The notes beneath the pieces are model-generated. The model did no database searches and had not been told where the DNA came from. It worked only from the letters and a program-made list of their open reading frames with translations. This document shows, in pieces, positions 1-14,855 of a stretch of 64,000 bases of DNA. The position numbers were made by a program, and so were the translations under genes. This stretch comes from Chrysomallon squamiferum (taxonomy: Eukaryota; Animalia; Mollusca): the NCBI GenBank assembly GCA_012295275.1, contig CM022670.1, forward strand, positions 5,828,001 through 5,892,000, written 5' to 3'. Position 1 is the first letter of the stretch, and every line of letters starts with the position of its first letter.

Positions 1-180
1 AGGATCTGACGAGTTGTTTAAGTAACCTTTCTTTGTTCCTCTCTCGGTCTGACCATGTTTAGAATTTCTGAATGCACATGTAATCAGTTAAGCGTCAGTG
101 AGTTTTCAACATGCGTTGGTGGAGATTTTATAAACGTAATAGAAACGTCCTTTAGGTGACTGGATTTTTTAAATTATCAT

Positions 181-291
181 TTATCTATTCTTTATTTTTT
201 ATTATTATTATTTTTTAATTATTATTATTATTTTTTAATTATTATTATTATTTTTTAATTATTATTATTATTATTTGTTTTATTTTTACTA

Positions 292-324
<33 letters not shown>

Positions 325-366
325 TTTTTGTGTGTGTGTGGTGGTTTTATTTGTTTCTTTATTTTG

Positions 367-398
<32 letters not shown>

Positions 399-400
399 TT

Positions 401-437
<37 letters not shown>

Positions 438-535
438 TGGTTTTATTTGTTTCTTTATTTTGTTTTTATTATTATTCTATTATTATTATACTAAGCCTAC
501 TACTATTACTATTATTATCATCATCATCATCACTA
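181..535. repeat. Compound (ATT)n/(GT)n microsatellite with a ~96 bp internal duplication
   Basis: Visible ATT and GT runs; the block tgtgtgtggtggttttatttgtttctttattttgtttttattattatt occurs at ~330 and ~427. It explains ORFs 328..558 and 332..583. Confidence 0.9.
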
Positions 536-1674
536 TCAGTGTTGTATATACAATTTGACAAGGAAATATATAGCAGTAATTAGGAATATGGAATTGCTTT
601 GCAATTTCTTGTTTGTTTGTTTTTTAGTACTTTAAATTTTTATTTGTTGTTTATTTTGGGGTGATTTTTGTCATTTTTCTTTTGTTTTCTTTGTTTGTTC
701 ATCTTTAAAATTTGAAAATTTAATTGCCTTCTGGTCATCATCCCTCAAATTACAATCTGTATATAATAAAACAGTCATATAATTTTTACTTCAATTCATT
801 TCCTTTAATTCTGATATCAAGAACACTGTCTGCATTCATTATTATACAAAGTGCTTTTTTATGTATCAGTAAAAACAACGTCCGTGGTAACAATTAAGTA
901 TGTAATTATACCATTCAACTCTCCTGCCTCGTCTGGAACTTAATGCCATCTTACAAAGAAGAGCTTAATTAGTATCGTTTTTATAACGTGTCATTCCAGA
1001 CGTTTATTTTAAAAGAATTCTATGAAGTCTTTGTTCTCAACAGGTGTTATGCATATATGTATAGTTTCGAATTGTTAGCAAATGAGTGGTTTAAACAATA
1101 CATAATACGTAATACTGCATGCAAATAATTTTAAATTCGATAATAAATTTTTTTTAAATGTCCTAGATGATCTCTTAACTCATTTATTTATTGAATATTA
1201 AAAATAATATTAATTTCTTTTGTTTTCAATGTTTTACAATTATTAGTTAAAAAACAAAATTAGGTAAAAAATATATAAATCTTTTTTGTTAATTTTTTTT
1301 TTAGTATTATACAACATAAGAATCTATTTTTAAATGTTCAGATTTGTAACGGTTTGAACGTATATCAGTCATCATCGACATTTGTATGTACATGGCTTAT
1401 TCATTACGATATATATATTCTTAAGAATGTAAATTTTTATTTCTGTGAAAGTTATAATACATTTACATGAAAAATAATGCCGCAGGAAGTTATAAAGATT
1501 ATTAAAAATGAATACGTTGTTTAGAATATACGATTAATTTAAAATCCAAATTTGCTTAAAATGCAAAAGATATTATTGAAAATAATATGTATTTATTTCA
1601 TTTTATTGTATATTATCTAAGTTATCAAAGTATGTACTTAATTATTATTATTTGGTGTAAGTAGTCTATCGACA

Positions 1675-1790
1675 TTTGGCGGGATGTTTATGGTGCCAAC
1701 TGGGCGGGGCACAAACCCTTATTTGGAAAGTCGACGTCATTTAACCTTTGACCTAGCCACGCTCCAAAACACTCCGCCATTTGTTTCGCT
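1675..1790 (+). promoter_or_regulatory. CpG-retaining housekeeping-type promoter of SAP30L
   Basis: TTTGGCGGGA (E2F-like, 1675-1684), GGGCGGGGC GC box (1702-1710), GACGTCA (CRE-like, 1733-1739) and CCGCCATTT (YY1-like, 1774-1782), all ~110-220 bp upstream of ATG 1897. Confidence 0.55.
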
Positions 1791-1896
1791 TTACCATGGG
1801 CTTCGATACGACGATGTAATGTTTTTTTATATAACTGGAACGGAAAAAAAGAAAGATTAAATATTTTAGGTTTTGAATTTTCTGTGGTGCTTAAAG

Positions 1897-4515
1897 ATGA
1901 TGAGGTAATTATTTAAAAATAATGATATGTAGTTATAGAAATTCCTTTATTTTTGTTTATTAAGCACCATCATCAGCGCGAGCTCAGAGCTGGTGTTTTT
2001 CTTTTTGTCATCTTCGATTTCTCAGCTTGATGGTAACCGTCATTAGCCATGACTAAGGATTTAAAATTAACATAGCCAATAATTTAGTGACGAATATTTG
2101 CCATTATTTCTGAAATAGTTTGATATAATATATTTCAACGGAGAAGATGTGTTACTGTTAGGTATAAAAAAAATAAGGGAATGAAACATGGAGTGATGGA
2201 GTGATTCCCTGTTACTGTTAGTGTTAATGCCAGTCTTAGTATTAGTACATTACAATTATAGAACGTTGAGGCGAGATTTATAAAAAACAGTATCGTGTTT
2301 TGTCTGCTCTGATGTTTTTGGCACTGAAATATATGTCAGTATATAACCTTATTTTGATATTAATGTAGTTAAAGTGAACCTGAATAGTGAATATTAAATT
2401 CAATTAGTAAATCAACGCATATTTTTAAATTTATTGTACTCCTCTTGAGTTTACTATATGATGTATATCAATATTTGTTATTTTATTCAGAAAATGTTAT
2501 ACACATTTTTTATAATTTATGAGTTTAAAAATCTTTAATATACACATATATGAACATGTATTATTTTTAACAAAAGTCAACTTAATGACACTATTTTAGA
2601 TTTCATACATAAAATTTAATAAAATTAATCTTAACCAGCTTGCTTGTTAAATCTACTGTTAAGAAAATGTAGCAGCTAAGGTATTTTTATTAAGAATATT
2701 CACAAACTGACAACTATCCCACCTTCTTTTGATAGCTGTTGCTTTTAAGAGTTAAGATTATAGTTATTTAATTGAAATATATTTCTTTTTTTCTTAGTTT
2801 TTATGTTTACAGATATTTTCAAAGACTATTTTCATATATTTAAATAAACTGCATAGTTGAACAAATTCTATTTGAAGATGAGTATTAATAATGTGGTGCA
2901 TTTTGTAATATAACTGTAAAATGTTTATGAACCAGTGGAGATTTAATCAAGGTTTATAAGGACTGTTTATTAGGTGTGTTAGAAAATACACTTTTTTTTT
3001 TTTTTTTTCATATTCACCTTGTTACTCTTTCTGAGATATAATCTTCAGTGTGTCAATGCTGTTCATTATAAATGCTGTACATCAGATAGAATTTATTCAA
3101 ATTTTACGAATATTAACCATAGACATCAGTATTTTAAAATTATTTTATTTATTATCTTTTTTCTTTCTTTCTTTACTGTTTTTTAATATATTGTTCTTTT
3201 ATAATTTTATATTTACCATAAAAGTCTGTGTGTTCTAATTTTGCTAGATTATATAACATTATTTAGGATTTTTGTAATGTGAATGTGATATTTACAGCAC
3301 TAATGGTTTTAGTACTGAGGAAGACAGTCGTGGAGGACATGATCAGGTGTGTTGTTTGATTGACAGTGGAGAGCGATGTTCACGGCAGGCAGGAAATGCC
3401 AGCTACAGCAAGAGAATCCAGAAAACTGTCATACAGAGAAAACTCAAACTCGTGCGAGATGATAATGTATGTTTATTTATTTTCTTAATAATAATGTAAT
3501 GTATTTGTGATCAAAGTAAGGAAAATGTGAATGGTTAAACATTTGAAGTAACTGAAAATTATAAGTAATGATGCAGCAACGACTTAAATGCTTGTTACAT
3601 TATATAGTGTATGATCGAATAATGTTTGTACTAATGGCTATATTGTATAAAATAGATAATTTTGCAAAACATGTTGGTTTCAGATGTCTCACATCTATAT
3701 CTGTGATTTCCACAAAAACATGATTCAGAGTGTGCGCAGTAAACGGAAACGTAAAGACAGTGAGGAAGATCGCATGTTTGATCAAGACGATGACATCCCT
3801 GAGGTAAATACTTAGTTTAGTTCTACCTTTCAACCAATTCAGAGTTAAGTTTTAAATTTACATGTAGTCATAAATTAAAGTTTATTTAAATGCCTTTATG
3901 ACAGGATGATATTTTTGTATTTTTATAATTAAAACACATTTTCATATAAATGTTTCAGAATATTTAACTGTCGTCTTGTTTCGTTTTCAGATTGACTTTT
4001 TCCAGATGCCTGTGAATGCACTTCGCCGATACAAGCGACATTTTAAAATCTCCACACGACCTGGACTCAACAAAGCACAACTTGCAGATGTAAGTTACTC
4101 AGTCTTTTAAAACATTTTCTACCAATGTGCGTTACCATTTTTAAAATGTAAATATTTACAAAACATTTAAATACTGAATGTGTCTTCGGAATATTTAAAA
4201 AATATATTATTTTCTTTGTCTTACCAGAACAAACACAATTCTGGTAAGTGTACATGTATTTGAAGTGAAATTTTAGCTTATACTTAGTTCATATTTGTTT
4301 TAAACATTTACTTATTATTATTGGAGACTGTAAAATAATGGTAATCAAATCTAGTGTCGGTATTTAAAAAATATTTCAATGTTTTGCAGGCTGTGGGGCG
4401 TCATTTCAAAACAATTTCTGTCAATGAGAAGGAAGCACTGACATTTTTTATCTACATGGCCAAGAACTACAAGAGTCGGTTTGATCAGAAATTCATGGAC
4501 TCTGTTCCCAGCTAG
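1897..4515 (+). CDS. SAP30L: Histone deacetylase complex subunit SAP30/SAP30L (173 aa)
   Basis: Exons 1897-1904, 3298-3466, 3684-3803, 3991-4089, 4390-4515, all GT-AG and in frame (522 nt). [13 protein letters not shown]...[11 protein letters not shown]...[10 protein letters not shown]...[22 protein letters not shown]...[22 protein letters not shown]...[13 protein letters not shown] matches the SAP30 zinc-finger, NLS and Sin3-binding regions. Confidence 0.96.
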
Positions 4516-5479
4516 TTGACAGCTGTTGTGTATTTTAAATTACAGTGAAGCACAACACTTTTTTTTTTATATAATGTTGTATCCCAACCTATACCAGGAC
4601 AATCATAGATTTGTGAAAACTTTTTTCTTCTTTTTTAGCCAAAAAAAACATCTGGGGAAAAAGGTCTAAACTAGAAAAATTCATTTTTTAATCATTGTAG
4701 TTGTTGTAATTTTTTTTTTTTTTTTTCTTTCCTTTTCCACTTTGTGATTCAATCATGTTTGAGATTGAAAGGTACATGGTGTGTGGATACTGTGATGTTT
4801 GTTAATGTAAAGTGCTATTATCAGTTTTATTATAAATTGTCTAACAGAGTATGTGTTTTGTTTTCATTTACCACTTATTTTACATTTCATTCAGCATAAC
4901 TTCAGATAAAACTACTACAAAATCAATAATAAATGTTAATAATATTTTTATTGACTGAAGTGAAACACTATGGGATACAAGAGAAAAAAAGAAAGGTGAA
5001 ACAAGCTGTAACTTGGTTCTGTACAGTGTCCAGTGACTATTTCAGTTACTTTCACTTCCCAGCAAGGAGTTGATTTCAGCCTGTATTGTGATTTTGGAAA
5101 ATAAGATGAGATGTGCTTGATATTATAAATGAAAAGAAGATAAGTCCTTAAGTCAATTTTTTTTAAATTTTGTTTCATTGAATTATTTAATGTTTCCACT
5201 ATCTTATCACAATAAGATTTTAAAACAGAAGTGACTGATAAAACATTTATCCCCTGTTAACACCAGGTTTACACATATACCAAACTTATTACAACTGGCT
5301 TGGCCTACTGAAGGTATAAAAGCTTAGATCAAGCAGAATAAAAAGAGATTAATATGCACTGGGAAATGCCAGAACTGATGACAATTCAAATCACTTTAAT
5401 TTCTAGAAAACTTAATATTATAGCTATTATTCTAATGAGATATTCTGTCAGTTACTGTACTAAATTAGTTTGTATAAAT

Positions 5480-6900
5480 CCAAGCTGGTAACTGATGAAG
5501 AAATGGATACTTGTATAAATGAAGACAAACTGCAATGTGTAAGTGATGGCAACATTGAAGCTCTGACTGAAGTAATAGTTAATTATTATCTGGAAATGAT
5601 ATGACTCATACAAACACCCTCATGAAGATGTATCTGTCAATAATGAAGATTTTCCGATGCCATTTATAACTACCAGTACCAGTTATATAAAGACAGTGGT
5701 TAGTAATTTATCATACTGAGGTATTCACGTATCATATATGAAAAACCAATACTTTAAAAGTGTCCTCATTGAATGTATCATCTGTAATTGTCTTGTGGCA
5801 TAGATCTCTTAGAAATCATTACATCGATAGAAGAAAGCGAGAAATACAGCATGTTAAACAGTGAATAAGTGTGTTGTGATATTCAGGTCTGCACAACATT
5901 TGACAAGAAAAAATGCACTCATCAAGCACTACAAACAGAATGGCATCACCACACTGAGTGCACAGCAACATTAAACATCTTCCATGCTATGTCTTGAAGA
6001 TGGAAGACTTTAAGTGACACAATTCTTTTGAAGTATGCTGGGACACGTGGCATTTGCACATTTGAAGCAATTACCTAGCACTTGGAAAAAACAAAAAATG
6101 TACAATGATTATTGCATTTCTATCAGTTACTAATCATCAAAATGTTTCTCTTGTTACATTTCATCAACTACAACTTTATTTTGACAGTGTGTCTTGCCAC
6201 TGACTTGAGACAGATTAGCCAGAGATCTTAGTGAAATATCAGTACGTTGCAAACAAGTCGGATAAAGTATAGGTAAAACTACAGAAACGTTTCCTCTTAA
6301 TATTTATGTTGTGTCAGCAGAGCAGAAAAATAAAAGCCCTGCCTCCTGGCATTAACACAGGCTAACATGAACTGTGCAGCTACAATAGCACTTTCACTAC
6401 AGCAAGGATTCTGCTCAGTAAGTGCATCATCCATACAACCTATTACAGCCTTTATATTTTTCAGGGCACCCAGGAAACCTGCAGTATTTTGTGTCCTGGT
6501 AATGGTGACCTTCCTAAAAGACAAGTCCATACAAAATGGAAAAGATGATTATAATTTCATCAGTCTGCTCTGTTGTTACCTTCAAAATTGGCCTTGAGAG
6601 AAAATTACTTGTACCTATAAGCTAAACAGGATAAAATAAAAATTCCTATGTGGAGAATCCTCACTGACAAGACTCTGTAACAGTGAATTTTCTGCTGGCA
6701 GATCAAACCAATTTAATATGTGACTGACCTTTTGGTTTAATAAAACAAAAAGCATCTGATGTTACAAGTATCTAAACATGCTCATTCCACAAAGCTGTTA
6801 ATTTTATATACATACATAATATGACATTCTGTTTCATGTTTAATATCTTTAATAAATTTAGTGTATTTCCACTGACATCACTGTTTTGAAATGTAAGTGC
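5480..6900 (+). mobile_element. Heavily degraded DDE DNA-transposase fossil (Sola-like / DUF7869-type)
   Basis: Frameshifted + strand fragments in the expected order: LIKHYKQNGI (~5918), HYSKDSAQ*VHHPYNLLQP..RAPRKPAVFCV (6395-6495), GKDDYNFISLLCCYL (6538-6582), MWRILT...VNFLLADQT..CD*PFGLIKQK (6648-6751). These resemble recalled motifs HYSFDFAQQVHYP..QPGPIYF.TPRK, GKGAN..ISLL and GHTKF..DWCFGL.KQ. Boundaries are approximate and no TIRs were found. Confidence 0.7.
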
Positions 6901-7474
6901 TATACATCTACAGTTACAGATCACATGCAGATAACTGCTGACATTTTAAACAGTTTAGAATGATTCTTATAAATGTGTCCTTTATTATACCATATCTTTA
7001 CTTCTAATCAAGCAGTTTGGGAAAACTAAATAAAGTAGTAATTGTTTGTTTTTTTGTTTTTTTATTAAATATTTCCCTATGTCACACATGCTGATTTTCA
7101 GTTTTATCCAAATCCTGTCTTAAATATATTTTCACTTCAGCTGTTAGTGAAACAGAAATATAACAAGATAATGTTGTCAGTATTTCTTAACTCTACAGTG
7201 GTTGCACTGTCAATAATTAGTTGGGGGAGTAGAATTTATTTTTGTATCAACATTTTTGTGAAGTTCATCAGGGTAACAATCTTCATTTTGAGAAAGTTAT
7301 AAGATCCAGCTGATTCAATACAGATTTTTCTTTTTGTAAATAAAGATGTCACACATTACATTTTAATAAACTCTGTTATTAAAAAGATATGAAAGCTGTA
7401 AAGTAAAGTTGACTGTAGAAGCACTCTGAACACAAAAGTAATTGTGTAAGATTATTTTTATTGTCCAGATTAAA

Positions 7475-10400
7475 TCACTGTGTGAGTAGACTAAGTTTTT
7501 CATTCAGTGCAAGCTGTGATCTCGTCAGATTGGCCAAGTATACGACCATCAACAGATCCTGCAAACAAGAAAATACATACAATTAGTGTCTTTATATTCA
7601 CACAAACAACATACAGAATATTAGAAAACCAACAGACAGCAGTAATAAGTTGTTAGTGATCCTACTACAGTGCTAACAACATAAATGCTTTATTTTTATT
7701 ATAATAAGGAAGTACCACAGAAATGATGAACGTATTTCCATTTCCTCCAATCATAAAATCACAAAATAATGTAAACAAAATGCTTAATATATTGATAACA
7801 ATGCATCTTTCAAATGATTTACTCAGATTCTGTTTTCTCATTATTATAACACACTTTTTGAATAGTAGTATGATGATGTAGAAAATTTTCTTTTATTATC
7901 AGTCTTTATAAATTCACTTCAGATGTTCACTGACCTTCATGTTGGAGTTGAGCATGTCTTCAAACTGATCGTGGTCTATCTGAGGAATGCTCGTAACTAA
8001 ATTCAACAAAAATCGCCCAATCGAATTGTCTGCTGGAATTTTGCCTGCCTGTAAAATTTTGAGACAAACATTATTTTAAAAACTAAAAAGCATAAGACAT
8101 TACTTATTTCTTTAGCTGAAATTAATGTTTAAATCAATGTGAAATATTTCTAATGTACTAGCTTCTGTCTGAGCTGGATAAAAAGAATTTTACAGTGATA
8201 GAAAATGGTGACCAAAGATATATCAAAATACTTTCACAAGTATCACATGAAATTACATATAAGTCTCACCAAAACATCATCAACATATTTCGTGACTTGT
8301 ACCAACATGTCCTGCAGTTTTGCACATGCCATTTCAACATGTCTTAGATCTGAAACCATGGAAACACTCCTCTTTGTGTTGTACTTGCCATTCTGTAACA
8401 CATCAACTGAAAAATAAAAATAAATTAGGAGATGAGGTCATTACTGCATAAAGAATTTAGTTTTAAATGGGAAACTGATACAGTCAAAATGAGTATTGTA
8501 TTTATTATTAAAATAATATCTTTTTTCATTATTATTATTTTTTAATTTTTTTTTAATTATCATGTTCTGAAACATTAGAATTATTACATATAAGTTAGGA
8601 CTTGGAAGCTCAATTAAGACATATTCTAATATCATAACTGAATCATCTCTTTTAAAAATAAAAACCAGTAACACATTCTATTCATTTTTGCTGTTGTACA
8701 TCTCTGTGCAGATTTAAATAAAAATAATTTGTTTTCATCTTGAGCTATTCTTTTCTACTCAGTGATTAAAATTGAATCTAAGATTGTCTAATTTCAAGGT
8801 TTAAGTTTCTTCTGTTTTAAAATTTAAGCTTTTGTTCTACAGAGAAATTTATTAGTTAACCTCTGTTTACTTATTTATTACATAATATTCTTGGTAATCA
8901 CTCTTTTAAACACACACACACACAAATATATATATACATATATAAATATATATTTATTTTTTAATTATATTACAAAAACTTACCTCCAACTTTCTCTGGC
9001 TCATAGCTCACAATCTCCACAGTAACAGGTGTAAACATTGTTCCTATTGTTTTGTTTGGAACACCCATTGGAACACTGAATAAGATATATAATCAAAAAA
9101 TCTATAAATCTACACACACACATACACACAAATAAACAGAACAAAATGTTCAGAAATAAATATCAATTTAAAATAAGTCACTTTACAGAGTCTATTTTTC
9201 ACACTTCACCCAAGTATTAGGATTATTTAGTTCTCTAAAATCAATTTATATCTTTGTATGAAAATGAATGAGTGAATGTTTAACAAAAATCTCATTACAA
9301 TTTTTAATAATTATTAACGTGAAATATAAATTTCTTTTGTTGTGATGAGAGAGAGCAGAACTCTACTGCAACAGCTCTTGTTTCTACTCAGATACCATCA
9401 ATCTGGAATTTCCAAGGATTACAAATGTTCATCTCTGTTTATGTGTAACAGATGTACCAAATACTGTTTCTAACCACTGAGCTTTAACATCATAGTTTTT
9501 TCTTTCTTTTTAAACCTAAATATTTCTGATTGGATCATTTGTTTTCCAAGTTAACATTTACTGAATTTGAGAAATTTCATGTTGATTACCTTATAAAAGC
9601 TTTCATTCCAAGTTTGCCTGTTTTCACAGTTGTGTCAACTGTTAGGTGTATGGGGTTGTTTGCCTCTCTTGAGTAATACTCATGGATCAATACCGAGTGA
9701 CCTGACACATCGGGACTTGTGGAGTACCTGAAATAGTAAATATTTATAAAACTGGACTATTTTAGTAATAGTAGTTAAAAGTGACCAACATGATGGATTT
9801 AAGGAGGAGGCTATGGTATCTTTCTTCTACATAAATATTATAGAACAGTAAAAGTTACAGCTTTACCCCAACCAATCTACTGATTACCTGTATATTTTTA
9901 CATTTTGTCTTCCCAAATATGCAATTTTACAGTGAATTGAATCTGTAAATAAAACTGCTAAAATTTTTGTGATTGTGTAGAACATCTTCTGGCAAAGAAA
10001 CACATTTATGTACTCTAGAATAAAAATTCACATATTCTATCTACTCACCAACCTACAATGACTTCATTTGGATTAACTTTGCGGTACAAATCATACATGT
10101 TCTTAGCATACTCAATATCAACAGCTACCTGTCAAAAAATAAATAAAAAATGGGAATATATATATATAAAAACTTTATTACTTTTAAAGAAAAGACAAAA
10201 ATGCATAAAAAAATAAAAATAATAATAGTTAAAAATAAAATAAAAAAAATGTTATAAGAAACAATTAATACAAATCAACATTAGTAAATTAAAGTCAAGT
10301 GATTTTATTTTGGTTATTTCCATAAACAAGAAAATTATTATTTTTTTAAATTGTAAGAATACTTACTTCATCTTCTGATTCATTATGAGGTACAGCAAAA

Positions 10401-11711
10401 CAGTTTGTAACTTCTACCACTCCCTTGTCACAGATACCTAAAACATTTTTTTAATAACTGTAAATATGTGTTACTACTTAGTTTAACCATCACAGATATT
10501 TGCACATTTAAATATGGTATTATATATGTAAATAAAAACACTGATTAAAAAATCAAAAAAGAAAGCAACAGAGACTTACATTCTTCAGAGTCTTTTCAAG
10601 TAGTAAAATAACTGTTACTTTACATACAGTTTTACCCATATAAAAATAATAATAAAAATAAACTAATTTCTAGGAAAGTATCTCAAACATGGTGATAATG
10701 GTCACACTGGTCTCCGATACATGAGATTGCAGGTATTTAATCTGGGATAGTAAAATGTGTGGCATATATTTGTAATTATGTGCCAAAATATTTTCTTTCT
10801 AATAAAGATGTTGATTATGAAGACAGTTCTTAGCAAGTCAGATTTTTGTGAATTTTTTAATATCTATATAATGAAGTAATTACATAAATTAATGCTAATT
10901 ATAATTATTTATTAATTCGTGAAAAAAAAAAATATATATATATATATATATTATATTAGCAAAATGTAGAATCCATCAGTCTGGAAAACTTATCTTTTTG
11001 CATACTAGTTTAATTTCTACAGGGTTTTTGACAACTACATAATTAAGATATATGTCACATCTGAGCTAATTAATGCAGTTAATTAATTAATTAAAATTCA
11101 TGACTGTTATTGTGTTAGTGTTAGCAATAAGCTTACAAATACTGTGCTTTATTCAAACACTGCAATGTTACAATGTATAATACATGTATATTGGTTTGAA
11201 ACTGTATGATATATTTAATGTTTACGTTGCCAAATGCGGGAAATTAATCAGTTTGAATTCCTCCAACATTCTGAAGTAAAAAACCTACTCGGCCACTGGA
11301 ATTGGAAAATTTTGTTCAGATAAACATTCTTAAGTATTTTCATACTAATGCTATCACAGATATCTTGCCGTAATTTTATTTTTTTTTTTTTTTTTTTTTT
11401 TTTACTGGTTCTGTTTATATATAATTTTATAGGAAAATGATATTTTTGAAAATTTTGTCATATGCCTAACATTGTTACGATTGTAATAATGAACGAATGA
11501 TCGTCATGATTGAAACGGGAACTTCTCAATTTTCCCACATATGTCGCAAGAATAACTTAATTCAAAGTAAAATACATGTTAAACAAAAAAGAAATACAGT
11601 ACCTAACAGTGTTCCTATCACTCTTTTGGCATCTTCATTTCGTCGCTCATATGAATCGACAATACTAAATAAAACAACTGGATGAACTCGACACACGAGA
11701 TTGGTAGCCAT
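7475..11711 (-). CDS. EIF3F: Eukaryotic translation initiation factor 3 subunit F (MPN domain, 274 aa)
   Basis: Exons 11711-11603, 10437-10367, 10128-10049, 9727-9590, 9075-8984, 8406-8270, 8048-7935, 7558-7475 (825 nt, in frame). [37 protein letters not shown]...[21 protein letters not shown]...EVIVGWYST...PIHLTVDT...[32 protein letters not shown]. Confidence 0.97.
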
Positions 11712-12540
11712 TTTTGTTGAGTAGTGAACTTAAATTCCACCGTTTATTATGGAACTCCCATTGATAATATTAAACAACCTTGCAGTTCTCCGTATTTTTC
11801 AGATACCATCATAATATCGTTACTTATGTTACAACAACAATAATATAATAATAATAATAATAATAACAACAATAATAACAACAAAACTTTATTGCAGGAA
11901 ACCATAACAAGCAATGCTGTAATCACTAGCATTATTGATATAATATTTTATTAATTTTCCAAATTTAAAAAAAAAATAAAAAAATAAAAGTTTGAAGATT
12001 AATTTTGAAAGTTCATTCATATTTAAACATTTCCCTAAATATTACCTCAAATATTTTTCTTTGATTAGGCTTAGAAAAAATTGTTTATCATATATGAATA
12101 CTTAGGTCGTATTCCAAACACTGAAACAGTAAATATTTGTGGATAAGAACCGCTAAAGAAAATGTTTAACGTCCTGAAAAGAAATTAAATGCATTTAAAC
12201 TAAATTTTTTGTTTGATTGTGTTGTTTTTGATATTTTCATTTAAAAATCATTAACAAATGATGGTCAGTTTTGTACCAAATGAACGTTACATTGAACTCC
12301 AAGGGATAACCAGTCTATAAGCAATGAATGCAAAACATTTGTCCATGAATGAGAAAATATAAATAATTCATGATGAAAAGGCTGAATCTGAAACCATTGT
12401 GATAATATTTGTTAAAATAAAATTTACATATATAAGTAAAACAATTTTGAAATATTTTTTTTCCATTAATTGTCCATTAGTATTTAAAATGGTTTTTGAT
12501 GCGGCGCAGCAAAAATGTAAGTTTTTATTTCCGGAAAGCT
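11712..12540. promoter_or_regulatory. Probable shared divergent promoter of eIF3f (-) and NFRKB (+), with a candidate non-coding NFRKB exon 1 ending at 12516
   Basis: The two genes are head to head. A CpG patch gcggcgcagc is followed by the donor AAT|GTAAGT (12517) and an ETS-like CCGGAA (12531). The first NFRKB coding exon starts at an acceptor (14818), so it needs an upstream UTR exon. Confidence 0.45.
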
Positions 12541-14602
12541 TTCTTTCGGAAAAGTTTAAGAACGTGTTGTATAGTTATATCAAAATAAATAAACAAAAAG
12601 TAGATTTCCATTCAGTTTTAAGTGTGAAAACGAAATTATAACATTTTTACTTCAAAACACATGCAAATGCATTTCTGTGTAAGTGCTATTTGTATGTTTA
12701 TTTACAAGTGCACCATCTCCCGTCCAGTGCAACTAGCTGACTAGTGACTTGAAGAGATCAGACGTCATTGGTTACATATTCTGATATTGCACTAGGTTGG
12801 TAGCCCTCGAAATTTTACAAGTGTGTGTGTAGGTGTGTTTCATTTCAGAAATGGCATGATCTGTTATTTAGTTATTAATATTGTTCAGTAAAATCATATC
12901 AAAACCAATGTTTTTGTGAGACTTGTTCCCTTAGGAAAGTTGGTCTCTAACTTCCAAGTCTGGGTTTAGATATGAACTACTTAATAACATGTGTTGACTT
13001 TCAGTAAATATTTAAAATATTAAGTATAATAACCAATAGACGTCATATGAAATCTCAACAGATACGCCTATATTTTTTAATTAATTTATTTTCCCCAGAA
13101 GTTATTATTTCCACGAAAATACGTTATTAAATTGAAAAAGAAATGCAGCGATTCAGCTAATGTAATTTTTTTCTATGGACCTATATTGTTTTAAACTACA
13201 GTATATTAATTTAATCAAAATATTTACCAAACAAAACTGATGTCAAAGCCATATTTTTGTAGGCAATTATTCACCACCAATCATGTTCGCCAGTCATTTA
13301 TCTGAACATTTCATCACTGTTTTGATTGTCTTTCTCTAACACTGGTTTGAAAAGGAGGTCTTGATTAAAAGGAAAAACAAGTTATATTTCAGGCAGTATG
13401 AGCAAACAGTCTAATAAAATTATTTCTATTTCCAAGTTACTATTCTTCTTGGTTGGTTCATTTCAGTGCTGCCATTTTACCCCATTGTAACCGGTGATGT
13501 GATATCATCGCATATCCAGTGTACTGACAGCATTTAAAGATATTTTCTAGCAAGTGCTATCACACTTTGATCACAAGTACACTTGTTGTTATTTTATTGT
13601 TTTGTTGTATTGATTACCAAAGTTATTCTTTTATGATTTTCCTCTGTGTTAAATTTAGTAAACATTGGTGAAAATTTAATATAAAATCAAAATATTTGGT
13701 TTATGTATGAAATTAGATTTAATAAGAATATATAACAGAGATCAAACGTTTTTGGTTTTGGAAATATAACATTTCATACAGTCATCTGTTAGACGTTGAT
13801 TGTCTGTTACTTGTATCTAAAATGTGGATATTTATTGCAGTTTATGAAATTCTACTACCACTTTACCATGTGTGAACTGCAGATCTGTGTAATTTACAAT
13901 AGTATCCTAAATGTTGTATGTAAGGTTTGATACTTTATGGCAGTGTTAGCATGTTTATTACTAAAGTGAAGTAAGATATAATCTTATGAAAATTTTTCTT
14001 AATTCTATATATATAGAGAGAGAATTTCGTTCTCTCTTTATCAAAAGCAATTATTCACAGATGTTAAACAAAATTTAGCATATTTTGCTCCTTGTCACAT
14101 TCACATGACTGTCAAACATTTTTCAAGATGGTAATAGCTGGCACTTTTTTCATGTTATTCTAATGAAAACATTTATTCAGTGTCATTAGAATGACTGGAT
14201 GAAAAACAATGTTTTATAACCTATAAGGTATTTCCTCAGTACATGCATCAAAAAATTAATGTACACGAACATGATTTCCAAACTTGTTCTTAGCACATTT
14301 TAATAAAATGGAGTGTTGCTGGTGTTTTCTAGTGTTCCATGGAGTCCTGTAGAGTCTGTTTAACTGTTTTTAACAGAAACTATATATCTTCCATTAAAAA
14401 AAAAAAAAAAATCTTTGTACAACATTATTAAAATAATAATAAAGAAAGCAAAAAGATCACATTGATATGAATGAATGGATAGTAAGAACTAAATATAAAT
14501 ATTTGTTAAAATATGCGATTTTGATGAATTAAAAGCAAAATATTTAATTTTAAGACTTGGTTTTTATTACTGGTTTTATGAATAATTAAAATGATGGTTG
14601 CC

Positions 14603-14603
<1 letters not shown>

Positions 14604-14676
<73 letters not shown>
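14604..14676. repeat. (ATT)n microsatellite
   Basis: Perfect ATT run. Confidence 0.95.
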
Positions 14677-14679
<3 letters not shown>

Positions 14680-14855
14680 CAACTTCTACTGCTTCTATTT
14701 CAACCTTCTATCTTATCCAGTTTTATAAAGTTGTTTAATCAGTTAGTATTGATTTTTATAAACATTACACAGCATAACTGAATAATACTTATTAAATGTT
14801 AAACTTTTTATATTGCAGTGATTTAATATCATGATGTAGAAGATATTTATCTAAG

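Noticed and set aside
1-134. Possible first exon of a minus-strand gene at the left edge (ATG at 56, TATA-like at 127-134)
   Set aside because: Too short, no recognisable protein, and a weak donor; flanking sequence is needed.
2184-2317. C/D-like arrangement in SAP30L intron 1 (AAACA..GTGATGG...CTGA TGTTT)
   Set aside because: C box mismatch, atypical spacing and no identifiable target; plausible by chance.
9388-9493. Possible C/D snoRNA or tRNA-like piece in eIF3f intron 4 (minus: ATGATGT...AGCTCAGTGGTTAGA...CTGA)
   Set aside because: Imperfect C box, no convincing terminal stem, no recognisable rRNA or snRNA guide, and no T-arm or B-box. snoscan or Infernal would settle it.
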